UHGV virus genome: UHGV-0126656
DNA length: 10,402 nt
Reading direction: 5' to 3' (one strand)
From: a virus
Below are positions 1 through 6,764 of the stretch, in pieces. Position numbers and translations under genes: made by a program. Below the pieces are notes generated by a model, which worked only from the letters and a program-made list of their open reading frames with translations, was not told the DNA's origin and searched no databases. The first letter of the stretch is position 1. Each line of letters starts with the position of its first letter.

Positions 1-148
1 TTTTGGCGGATCGGTTGTGCCGGTGACGGTGAAATCACTCGCATTTCCTTCCTGAATACGGTAGTTATCAGGCGTGGCGCGGTGTGGCGGGGCGGTGGCG
101 GGAATATATCCGGCTGTGTATCCGGTGAAAGTGAATGGCCTGTATAGC

Positions 149-170
149 AAAAACCCGTCGCGGGGACGGG
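149..170 (-). terminator. Rho-independent terminator downstream of the 222-aa gene
   Basis: On the minus strand, a GC hairpin (stem CCCGTC/GACGGG, 5-nt loop; plus 154..170) is followed by TTTTT (plus AAAAA 149..153), about 24 nt past the stop at 194. Part of conserved motif copy 1. Confidence 0.5.
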
Positions 171-193
171 CTTCGTTTGATGGCGGGTTTTCG

Positions 194-862
194 TTACCCG
201 TTCACATGAATATCCATCCCGGCGCGTCCGTGCTGCGTGATGGTTATCAGGCCATCTTCTTTGAGTTGTTTCAACAATGCCAGAAAAGTATTGCGGCCCG
301 GTGCACCAATAGGCCAGATCGCCTTAATCAGTCCGGCATGATTGACGCCATGTAGCGGCGCGTTTGCCTTCAGATAATCCAGTACAGTGTCAGCCTTAAA
401 GCGTACAGGCTTTTTAAACTCCTTATTCGTACCAGTTACGACCGTTTCATGTGGTTCTGTACCTTTCGTCTTGCCTGCGTCCGGTACGGCGCTTTCCGGT
501 ACTGTTTCAACTTCCTGCGCGGCTTTTGTACTGATTGCCATCAGACGTGCTTCCAGTTCCCGGATCTGTGCGTCCTTGTCTGCAATGATGCCTTTCAGTT
601 CGCTGTTAGCCGCTTCCAGTTCTTCTACGGCCTCGCTAACTTCCCCAGCGTACAGGAAGCCGATAACCCCACGACCGCAATTAAGCTCATTCACGACCTT
701 CACAAAGACCTCCCATTTTGGCGTCTTCTGGCGCTTGAATACGGCCTTTATTTCATCGCTGGCGACACCTAACACCCCAGCCATATTGCTATGGATGTGA
801 CCGCGTTTATCACGGTATTTGTCATCGGCCCGCTGTTGTAGCATTTTGATTAAATCGTTCAT
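194..862 (-). CDS. Hypothetical protein (222 aa), central coiled-coil, possible C-terminal winged-helix-like region
   Basis: The ORF track gives 194..973 from a GTG start, but that extension overlaps the upstream terminator at 974..995. The internal ATG at 860..862 (MNDLIKMLQQ...) has an AAGGGG Shine-Dalgarno 8 nt upstream and is preferred. Heptad-like acidic segment (EVSEAVEELEAANSELKGIIADKDAQIRELEARL). No family recognised. Confidence 0.55.
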   Translation of the reverse strand: MNDLIKMLQQRADDKYRDKRGHIHSNMAGVLGVASDEIKAVFKRQKTPKWEVFVKVVNELNCGRGVIGFLYAGEVSEAVEELEAANSELKGIIADKDAQIRELEARLMAISTKAAQEVETVPESAVPDAGKTKGTEPHETVVTGTNKEFKKPVRFKADTVLDYLKANAPLHGVNHAGLIKAIWPIGAPGRNTFLALLKQLKEDGLITITQHGRAGMDIHVNG

Positions 863-973
863 CCTTTGCCCCTTAATTAATCCAGAAACATTGTAATTAC
901 TCGCTATTGGTACGATAACAGGCGCGGCGGCTGGTGGATAAGTGTAATAGGTGGGAATGTTGACGCAGATCAC

Positions 974-995
974 AAAAACCCGGCGCTGGGCCGGG
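974..995 (-). terminator. Rho-independent terminator after the 62-aa/AlpA-like operon
   Basis: Minus strand: stem CCCGGC/GCCGGG (plus 979..995) followed by TTTTT (plus AAAAA 974..978), 19 nt downstream of the stop at 1014. Confidence 0.6.
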
Positions 996-1013
996 TCTTA
1001 GCAAGTTAGATGA

Positions 1014-1250
1014 TTATTGGTTATCGCTGTCAGAAAGTAGTCCAATTGATTTAAAGAATTTCATCACATCCTGATAGCGATACAAGAAACCTCCGTGCTT
1101 CAGTGCTGGCATTCCCTCAACCGGATCCGGAAAAGGAGTTCCAGCATCTTTCCACTTCCTGACCAGTTTGAAAAATGAGGACTTACTAAGCCCGCCTAAC
1201 ATTTTTTGCACTTGCTCACGATTAATAAGTATTGTTGCTGTCTTATCCAT
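1014..1250 (-). CDS. Small DNA-binding protein, AlpA/Vis (excisionase-like) family candidate (78 aa)
   Basis: Translation has the short HTH layout of phage AlpA/Vis regulators (LGGLSKSSFFKLVRK ... FPDPVEG ... LYRYQDVMKFF). Tightly coupled to the upstream 62-aa gene (19 nt gap). Assignment is by motif resemblance only. Confidence 0.55.
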   Translation of the reverse strand: MDKTATILINREQVQKMLGGLSKSSFFKLVRKWKDAGTPFPDPVEGMPALKHGGFLYRYQDVMKFFKSIGLLSDSDNQ

Positions 1251-1269
1251 TATTTAATCTCCCGTGTGT

Positions 1270-1458
1270 TTATTTTGCGTACATTAAGGTAAACGCTCTT
1301 TTGGCTTTGCTTAGTTCATATTCGCGTTTTTCCATGATTGCCAACAATTCTTGCGCAGTGGCTGGCACGCCCGCTCTTATCAGCGCAATCTTAGTATCCA
1401 TAGCGCACACTCTTTCACGCGCCATATCGAAGATAATTTCCGCTCTATTGTGTGTCAT
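1270..1458 (-). CDS. Hypothetical small protein (62 aa)
   Basis: ATG at 1458 is preceded by a strong Shine-Dalgarno (AAGGAGG, 5 nt spacer). First gene of a two-gene operon ending at the 974..995 terminator. Confidence 0.55.
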   Translation of the reverse strand: MTHNRAEIIFDMARERVCAMDTKIALIRAGVPATAQELLAIMEKREYELSKAKRAFTLMYAK

Positions 1459-1883
1459 AACATCCTCCTTTTAACATTCAATCAATGCACATAACGAACA
1501 TCATGACCATCAGTAAAATCACTTCCCAGCGTTTCATTCTGCACCCAATTTCAGTCCATTTACTGCTGTATTCCTTGTTTCTGGCTTCTTTATACCCAGG
1601 TGGGCGGCGGGAAAACGTGACATAGATCCCGGTTTCGTTAATCGGTACAATTACGTCTGATTTTTGCGAAAATGGATTTATTGCAGTTGTAGTGCCAGCG
1701 GGGATTGTGAGAAAGGCCCGGGTAGGTTGCTAACTGCTTGGGCCTTTGTTTGGCGCGTGTACGTGAAAAATAGAAATTTGGCAGGGTAGTTGTAGGGATT
1801 TTTCGCGTATGGGCGTTTAAGGCGGGAAGGTTAATTCTAACGCGCGATTATAATTAAGAATAATCAATAGCTTATATTAAAGA

Positions 1884-1917
1884 GTGATTGGTCTGTATAG
1901 CAAAACCCGGCGCGGGT
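1884..1917 (-). terminator. Conserved motif copy 2 with weak hairpin and U-run (possible terminator or element boundary)
   Basis: Plus GTGATTGGTCTGTATAGCAAAACCCGGCGCGGG matches 131..164 (GTGAATGGCCTGTATAGCAAAAACCCGTCGCGGG) with 2 mismatches and 1 indel. On the minus strand a short hairpin (5-bp stem, 3-nt loop) is followed by TTTT. Confidence 0.35.
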
Positions 1918-1927
1918 CCTGGTGGAG

Positions 1928-2023
1928 TTAACCAAAGAGCATCAGACAGATCAGCATTGTGATAAAAATTATGGCTTGCCCGATAGCAAATAGCATAAAT
2001 ACCAGGTATATAAGCCTTCTCAT
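1928..2023 (-). CDS. Possible small hydrophobic peptide (31 aa, MRRLIYLVFMLFAIGQAIIFITMLICLMLFG)
   Basis: Internal ATG of ORF 1928..2110 with a weak GGGGAAG Shine-Dalgarno-like sequence about 10 nt upstream. A single predicted transmembrane helix, sitting between the tape-measure stop and the motif-2 terminator. May be a translation artefact of T-rich sequence. Confidence 0.25.
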   Translation of the reverse strand: MRRLIYLVFMLFAIGQAIIFITMLICLMLFG

Positions 2024-2193
2024 TTGTTTTTCTTCCCCAAAAACACAGCAACACGCGAAACAGGTGAAAAACTGCCACGCCAACTCTAACGGCTGCAATA
2101 ATAAGAGCAAGCAAAAAACAATAAATTATGTTAAACACGGTGTGCGACCGTCTTTGAAGGTCCGCCAGTCTATCCCCCTGGCGTGGGATTTGG

Positions 2194-4398
2194 TTAACGC
2201 CGCCGTGGTTGTAACATGCCTCCAGGTCTTTGCGACTCGCGCTGCATCAGGCGCATTGCTGTGTTTTCTATAGTCTGTTGCAACGCTTTTGAGTCGTCTT
2301 CAGTCCAGCCGTTTGTCGCCTGGATGTTGTTTGTTACGTTCAGTGTGATGCCGCCACCACTGCCAACCAGATCGCGGCCCGGTGTAACTCGTCCACCCTC
2401 GCCGGGGATCATGTACTGTTTCCCGCCAGTAGAGGTAAATAACTCAGGGACACCGTGCTCACCAACCCTGTAAAGATTGCCACCGTTAACCGCGCCGCCG
2501 TTGTAGCGACCACCGCCAAACAAGCCAGTAATGCCAGCCATCAAGGCGCTGATAGCTGACATTGCGACCATCGGGGCCGTCCCCATTGTCGCGGTAGCTG
2601 TCGCCGCTGCTGCCGGGGCCATTGATGATGCGATTGATGCGCCTGTTGCCGCTGCTGTTGCCGCTTGTCCGCTCATTGCGCTGGCGCTGGCTGCCTCGCT
2701 TAAGATCATTTGTTTGACGTATTCAGCGCCCATCTCAGCGATACTTCCCACCACTTTTCCGAGAATGGTAGTCCCGATATTGGCGAAAGCGGTTTCCAGG
2801 TTCTGCGTACCATTAAGCAGGCCGACAACGGCATTTGTAGCGCCACCACTCAGGCCATCAGCCATGTCACCAATCAGGCCATTAATCCCACCTTGCGCCC
2901 GGAATTGTTCCCACTGCGAGGCAAGCAATTCTTCTGCGTGCTGTTGTTTAAGCGCGTTTAGCGTTTCCTCGTTAATCATCTGTTTGTTGAATAGCTCATC
3001 AGCCTGTTGCATTTCAAGGGCATGGCGTTGTTTGAGCGCATCAACGGGATTAAATTGCTCATTAAGCTGTTTTGCTTTTTCTTCCAGTTCGATTTGATGC
3101 TCACGCGCGGCGTTTGTTTCGTAAATCAGGTGCGCAAGGTTTTTCATCTCACTAACCTGTTTTGCCGTTGCGTTAGCGCCCATTTCCTGAACGGCGTCCC
3201 ACATTTCAGCCTCTTTGCTACCCTCAGCAAAGCCCTGGTTAAGTCGTTCCAGTTCTGCGCGTTTCCGTTTCAGCGCTTCTTCTGCCGGATCTTTCTGCGC
3301 GCGTTTCGGTTTATTGCCACCTCCACCGCCATTGTCTTTCAGCTTAATATCAGTGGTGGCCTGCTGTGTCGGTAGCGTTGACACAAAACCCGTAGATTGA
3401 TTGTCTGGCGCTGCGCCTAAGAAGTCGGTTTGTTTGGCTTGAGCGCGGAATAAATCAAGGCCCGGCACAAACGGCTCAAAGGCTGCGGCAAGTGTCCATA
3501 ACTTATCAGCCAATGACGCAGAATCAGATTTCAGCGTTTTAAACCAGCCGGATAGCTCGCGGCAATAATCAGCCAGCGTTTTAATACCGCGACCGACCAG
3601 TTCAGTAACATGCAGCGTCTGGTCGATGGTTTCCAGTAACAGGCTAAAATTTGTTGATAGCTCTGTCATTGCCTGTTCCGTGGTTGTCGGCAGCTTGTTA
3701 AATTCTTTTTCGATTTCGCCTGATCCTTTCAGGATTGCATTTACTACATCCTCAGCCGTCAGTTTGCCATCCAACATGCGGCGACGTAGCTCACCCATTG
3801 AGATCCCCATCTGACTTGCTACGCGCCGCCATAGCTCCGGCATACCCTCCAGGATGCTGTTAAATTCCTCAGCACGGACAATACCGCCGTTAATAGATTG
3901 CCCTAACTGTCGCAAGGCGTTTGCGGCTTCTTCGGATGAACTACCACCAATACGCCCGATCTGCTGTAGTGTCTCTGTCAACTGTAAGATCTGGCCCCCG
4001 GTAGCGTTTGCATCAGACAAAGCTGAAGTAAGGCTTTCCCATAACTTAGTAGTATCCTCAATCTTCATGCCAGTTCGCTTGCTGATCTCAAGAATGCCGC
4101 TAAAATTAGCCTTAGCTTCAACCAGACTACCGGATAGCCGGGATACACGGGCGCGTAGTAGTTTTACGTTGTCCGCGATTTCAATAAAGCGTTTAGCCGC
4201 CATCATTAGCAGGCCAACGTTAACCGCCGCCGCCAGTTTGCTGATTGTCGTATTCAGTTTGTTGATTGAGTTATCAGCGCGCTTTGCGCCGCGTTCAATG
4301 CGATCGAATGCGTCGTCAGCTTGTTTCCCTGCGGTTAATAGCTTCCCTGTGCGCGCATCAACCTCATAATAAATTCTACCTACGTTTGTGTTACTCAT
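2194..4398 (-). CDS. Phage tail tape-measure-like protein (734 aa)
   Basis: Long, mostly helical protein with an N-terminal region typical of tape-measure domains (GMPELWRRVASQMGISMGELRRRMLDGKLTAEDVVNAI), a Gly run (GGGGGNKPKR), a coiled-coil middle, a C-terminal Ala/Gly/Thr/Ser-rich hydrophobic stretch and a Gly-rich tail (LYRVGEHGVPELFTSTGGKQYMIPGEGG). Classification is by resemblance; no search was run. Confidence 0.75.
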   Translation of the reverse strand: MSNTNVGRIYYEVDARTGKLLTAGKQADDAFDRIERGAKRADNSINKLNTTISKLAAAVNVGLLMMAAKRFIEIADNVKLLRARVSRLSGSLVEAKANFSGILEISKRTGMKIEDTTKLWESLTSALSDANATGGQILQLTETLQQIGRIGGSSSEEAANALRQLGQSINGGIVRAEEFNSILEGMPELWRRVASQMGISMGELRRRMLDGKLTAEDVVNAILKGSGEIEKEFNKLPTTTEQAMTELSTNFSLLLETIDQTLHVTELVGRGIKTLADYCRELSGWFKTLKSDSASLADKLWTLAAAFEPFVPGLDLFRAQAKQTDFLGAAPDNQSTGFVSTLPTQQATTDIKLKDNGGGGGNKPKRAQKDPAEEALKRKRAELERLNQGFAEGSKEAEMWDAVQEMGANATAKQVSEMKNLAHLIYETNAAREHQIELEEKAKQLNEQFNPVDALKQRHALEMQQADELFNKQMINEETLNALKQQHAEELLASQWEQFRAQGGINGLIGDMADGLSGGATNAVVGLLNGTQNLETAFANIGTTILGKVVGSIAEMGAEYVKQMILSEAASASAMSGQAATAAATGASIASSMAPAAAATATATMGTAPMVAMSAISALMAGITGLFGGGRYNGGAVNGGNLYRVGEHGVPELFTSTGGKQYMIPGEGGRVTPGRDLVGSGGGITLNVTNNIQATNGWTEDDSKALQQTIENTAMRLMQRESQRPGGMLQPRRR

Positions 4399-4640
4399 GT
4401 CCTGTATATCCGCGTTGTGCGGATACCTCCGATTGTTCTTTACTCTAATAATTCCGCCATGAAACAGTTTATTGCCGCTTCAGTGACTTCGTGTTCAGGT
4501 TTGCTTCAACCAATCACAAAAAACATCGTTTAATAGAATCAATGGCTTATAAAGCTGTATCAGCTATGCTTCTTTGTCAAAGCCACTGAAAATCAAGTTT
4601 TCCCAATGAAATCAATGCTGATATACATCCATATCGTTTT

Positions 4641-4657
4641 TAACGTAATGTACGTTA
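4641..4657. promoter_or_regulatory. Perfect 7-3-7 palindrome TAACGTA-ATG-TACGTTA (candidate operator)
   Basis: Read directly in the 290 bp gap between the 76-aa gene and the tape-measure-like gene; shape fits a dimeric HTH regulator binding site. Confidence 0.35.
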
Positions 4658-4687
4658 TGCGCACTGCGGGAAACGTACTGGATTTAT

Positions 4688-4918
4688 TTACTGGTCGCCG
4701 TTCAGTTCATGCAGAGTCTGTTCTGGCAATGAATCCAGCCAGTTTTCTGCATCCTCCCTGTAACACTCCAGGATGCAACGGTTTGTGAAGTTGATGAAAG
4801 CGGTCAGTGATTCTGCTTCGTAGTTCCTGTGCGCTCTTCTGGCCTGCTTACGTAGTTGTTTCGCTTCTGCCCGCTGGCCTTCGAGTATCTCCAGCCTGTC
4901 TGCAATATCTTGCTTCAT
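4688..4918 (-). CDS. Hypothetical small protein (76 aa)
   Basis: ATG at 4918 with a GAGGAG Shine-Dalgarno 6 nt upstream; 38 nt from the stop of the upstream gene. Charged, helical; no family recognised. Confidence 0.55.
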   Translation of the reverse strand: MKQDIADRLEILEGQRAEAKQLRKQARRAHRNYEAESLTAFINFTNRCILECYREDAENWLDSLPEQTLHELNGDQ

Positions 4919-4956
4919 GTTCAGCTCCTCGCGCGCGCATAGTACTTGTCCGAAAA

Positions 4957-5331
4957 TTAATCGCCCGTCCCATCATTAATATCGATTCCCACGCTGTGCA
5001 ACTGGCTATGAATGTCTCTGCGAATGAGAATTAAACGCCTGATGAACTCCATTTCCTCCGCGATCTGGTTGCTCGGCCCCGATTTCATGTCGATGATTTT
5101 ATTGATAGTTCCAAGCGAATATTCAGCCCACAGACGAAGCGTTTGGCGCTTCATGGCCTGTTTGCTCAGTGGCGAATGTTTCAGGTCTAAGACATGTTCT
5201 GCGAGGGTCTTAGCGATGCCCTGCATGATGCGTAGTGCCAACATGATGATTTTCTCCGGACTTGTGCTAATATAGTTCCCGAACATTGTTCCGAGACTGC
5301 TTATCCTGTTTGTCTTGTCCGATTTGTTCAT
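4957..5331 (-). CDS. Hypothetical protein (124 aa)
   Basis: ORF in the operon on the same strand; ATG at 5331 with a weak Shine-Dalgarno, preceded by an intergenic hairpin at 5350..5369. No family recognised. Confidence 0.5.
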   Translation of the reverse strand: MNKSDKTNRISSLGTMFGNYISTSPEKIIMLALRIMQGIAKTLAEHVLDLKHSPLSKQAMKRQTLRLWAEYSLGTINKIIDMKSGPSNQIAEEMEFIRRLILIRRDIHSQLHSVGIDINDGTGD

Positions 5332-5382
5332 TGGTCACATTGTTAAGTCAGCCGGGGTAATTCCCGGCTTTCTTTTATCCGA

Positions 5383-5925
5383 TCAGTACCGAATCCCTAT
5401 CGCATTGAATACGCGTTTCCGTTGCTCAGCTTCAGGATCGGCGGCCATTTCTGGTTCTGGCTCCGGCATAGACGGGGCGGCATCAAAATGCTCAATTTCA
5501 CGACCGAAATACGAGTTCAGGACAATACCTGCCGAACTATCCACTCCATCAAAATAGCGACGCTGTTCCTCGGTGAGACAGCTACCCAGACGTTCCTCAA
5601 CCTGCGCCATAAACTCAGCATCCGGTGAGAAGTACTCATCCGGAGTCGGAGCACCGCTCTGTTTGTGCATCTCCATTTTCTCTGCGTTCGTTTTCAGCCC
5701 GGCAATGCGTTTCTCCAGTCCGGCGGCTTTAATAGCGTCAGCAACGATTTGTGGGATCTGCGGTTTAATTGTTTCGATAACTTCATTGCTGATTAATTTA
5801 AACTGGGCCATACGGATCGCTTTAATCTGCTTATTTAACAGTGCGCGTTCCCCTTCGTTGGCGGTTTTATCACGCTGTGCTACCAGTTCATCGCCTTTGT
5901 TTGTCAGTACATCAAATGCGTCCAT
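5383..5925 (-). CDS. Hypothetical acidic protein (180 aa)
   Basis: ATG at 5925 with a GGAGGAG Shine-Dalgarno and 8 nt spacer; starts 17 nt after the stop of the upstream gene. Acidic, Pro/Glu-rich C-terminal segment (MPEPEPEMAADPEAEQ). A tail assembly chaperone or scaffold-like role is speculation only. Confidence 0.6.
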   Translation of the reverse strand: MDAFDVLTNKGDELVAQRDKTANEGERALLNKQIKAIRMAQFKLISNEVIETIKPQIPQIVADAIKAAGLEKRIAGLKTNAEKMEMHKQSGAPTPDEYFSPDAEFMAQVEERLGSCLTEEQRRYFDGVDSSAGIVLNSYFGREIEHFDAAPSMPEPEPEMAADPEAEQRKRVFNAIGIRY

Positions 5926-5942
5926 TGTCTTTTCTCCTCCGA

Positions 5943-6269
5943 TTATTTAAAAGTGCTTATTGACACGCCGAAACGACGACTTAATTCAAAAAGGAGTCGC
6001 GCCTTTGCAGTGCCTTCCATGTCTTCCGGCATTTCAGACTGAAGTTTATCAGCTACTTCATCAACAAGTGGCCGAACCGTTTCCACGAACTTGTCCGCAA
6101 TATAATCAGCAGAACGCATCACTTTTTCCTGGAATTCCTCACGGCGTTCCTGGGCGGCTGATTTAGGGGCTGTCGTGCGCTGAAAATAACTGTCTAATGA
6201 ATGCATGGCATCTGCTCCTTTTACTTTGATTGATGTTATTTCTTTAATTGTGTTTGCTTTGATTTTCAT
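5943..6269 (-). CDS. Hypothetical small protein (108 aa; alternative 87-aa form starting at 6206)
   Basis: ORF directly downstream of alpA on the same strand. The internal ATG at 6204..6206 has the better Shine-Dalgarno (AAGGAG, 8 nt spacer), so the true start may be 6206. Confidence 0.55.
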   Translation of the reverse strand: MKIKANTIKEITSIKVKGADAMHSLDSYFQRTTAPKSAAQERREEFQEKVMRSADYIADKFVETVRPLVDEVADKLQSEMPEDMEGTAKARLLFELSRRFGVSISTFK

Positions 6270-6345
6270 GCTGCCTATTCCTTCAGAAATTGCGGTAGCT
6301 AGCTTTTTAAATCAATAGGTTATTTGATAATCTCAGTAGCTGTTT

Positions 6346-6537
6346 TCATTGGTGGCGAGCGCCTTTGTTTTTATAGAATTCCAAAATCTCAGATCGGATA
6401 AACTTAATTCGTGCACCGACCGGAGTAACCGGAACGGGCCAACCTTTAATCTTGTTAATCCAGCGGAATATAGTGCGTCGGGTAACGCCGAATAAAGCGG
6501 CTACCTCGTTCACCGTCATTAATTCGCTATCATTCAT
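6346..6537 (-). CDS. alpA: AlpA-family prophage regulatory protein / excisionase-like HTH (63 aa)
   Basis: Translation MTVNEVAALFGVTRRTIFRWI... is a typical AlpA/Xis-type helix-turn-helix. GAGGTGA Shine-Dalgarno 4 nt before the ATG. Sits where AlpA-like regulators are usually found in P4-integrase islands. Confidence 0.8.
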   Translation of the reverse strand: MNDSELMTVNEVAALFGVTRRTIFRWINKIKGWPVPVTPVGARIKFIRSEILEFYKNKGARHQ

Positions 6538-6556
6538 GTTCTCACCTCAAAAAGTA

Positions 6557-6590
6557 GCGGTGAGGAAAAATATGGGAAAACCCTCACCGC
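6557..6590 (-). promoter_or_regulatory. alpA leader stem-loop (9-bp stem) with U-run, overlapping anti-SD/SD logic
   Basis: Minus strand reads GCGGUGAGG-16 nt loop-CCUCACCGC-UACUUUUU, then the SD GAGGUGAG and AUG. The CCUCACC arm can pair with either the upstream arm or the alpA Shine-Dalgarno. Confidence 0.35.
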
Positions 6591-6729
6591 GCCCTGAATG
6601 AAATTAAAGACCAACATTACTGTTGATACTTAATATTATATTCCTCATGTCCCTGTTTCACATCTTTTACCATATAGGGAAAGGGGATATTCTGTAATGT
6701 TTACAAAACTTTTAATTAGCAAAAAATAA

Positions 6730-6758
6730 TTGCGCATCTCACGTAATACAGGGATAAT
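6730..6758 (+). promoter_or_regulatory. Candidate sigma70 promoter (TTGCGC-17 nt-GATAAT)
   Basis: -35-like TTGCGC (6730..6735) and -10 GATAAT (6753..6758) with 17 nt spacing, pointing toward the plus-strand terminator at 6825..6851. Confidence 0.3.
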
Positions 6759-6764
6759 ATTACT

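Noticed and set aside
36-44. Possible minus-strand gene start at 42..44 (ATG) or 36..38 (GTG) reading out of the window, preceded by AGGAAGGAA
   Set aside because: Only about 14 codons are visible and the Shine-Dalgarno spacing to the ATG is too short; cannot be supported from this window.
131-164. LexA (SOS) box at the CTGTATA-containing motifs
   Set aside because: Only a CTGTATA half-site is present; the partner ACAG at the required 8-nt spacing is absent in all copies.
74-800. Plus-strand ORFs 74..355, 387..800 and 449..772
   Set aside because: They are antisense to the 222-aa minus-strand gene or overlap the terminator/motif region; no ribosome-binding sites and implausible composition.
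863-973. N-terminal extension of the 222-aa gene to the GTG at 973 (ORF-track start)
   Set aside because: The extension overlaps the intrinsic terminator of the upstream operon (974..995) and lacks a ribosome-binding site, whereas the ATG at 862 has AAGGGG upstream.
1872-2273. ORFs 1872..2138 (minus, 88 aa) and 1959..2273 (plus, 104 aa)
   Set aside because: The 88-aa ORF has a GTG start without a Shine-Dalgarno and reads through the terminator/motif; the plus ORF is antisense and low-complexity. Only the internal 31-aa peptide was retained, at low confidence.
2216-4448. Plus-strand ORFs 2216..2473, 2531..3097, 2710..2961, 3007..3375, 3215..3400, 3626..3814, 3854..4369, 4266..4448
   Set aside because: All lie antisense within the 734-aa tape-measure-like gene; they are low-complexity (Ala/Ser/Cys/Phe-rich) shadow ORFs of a long helical-protein gene.
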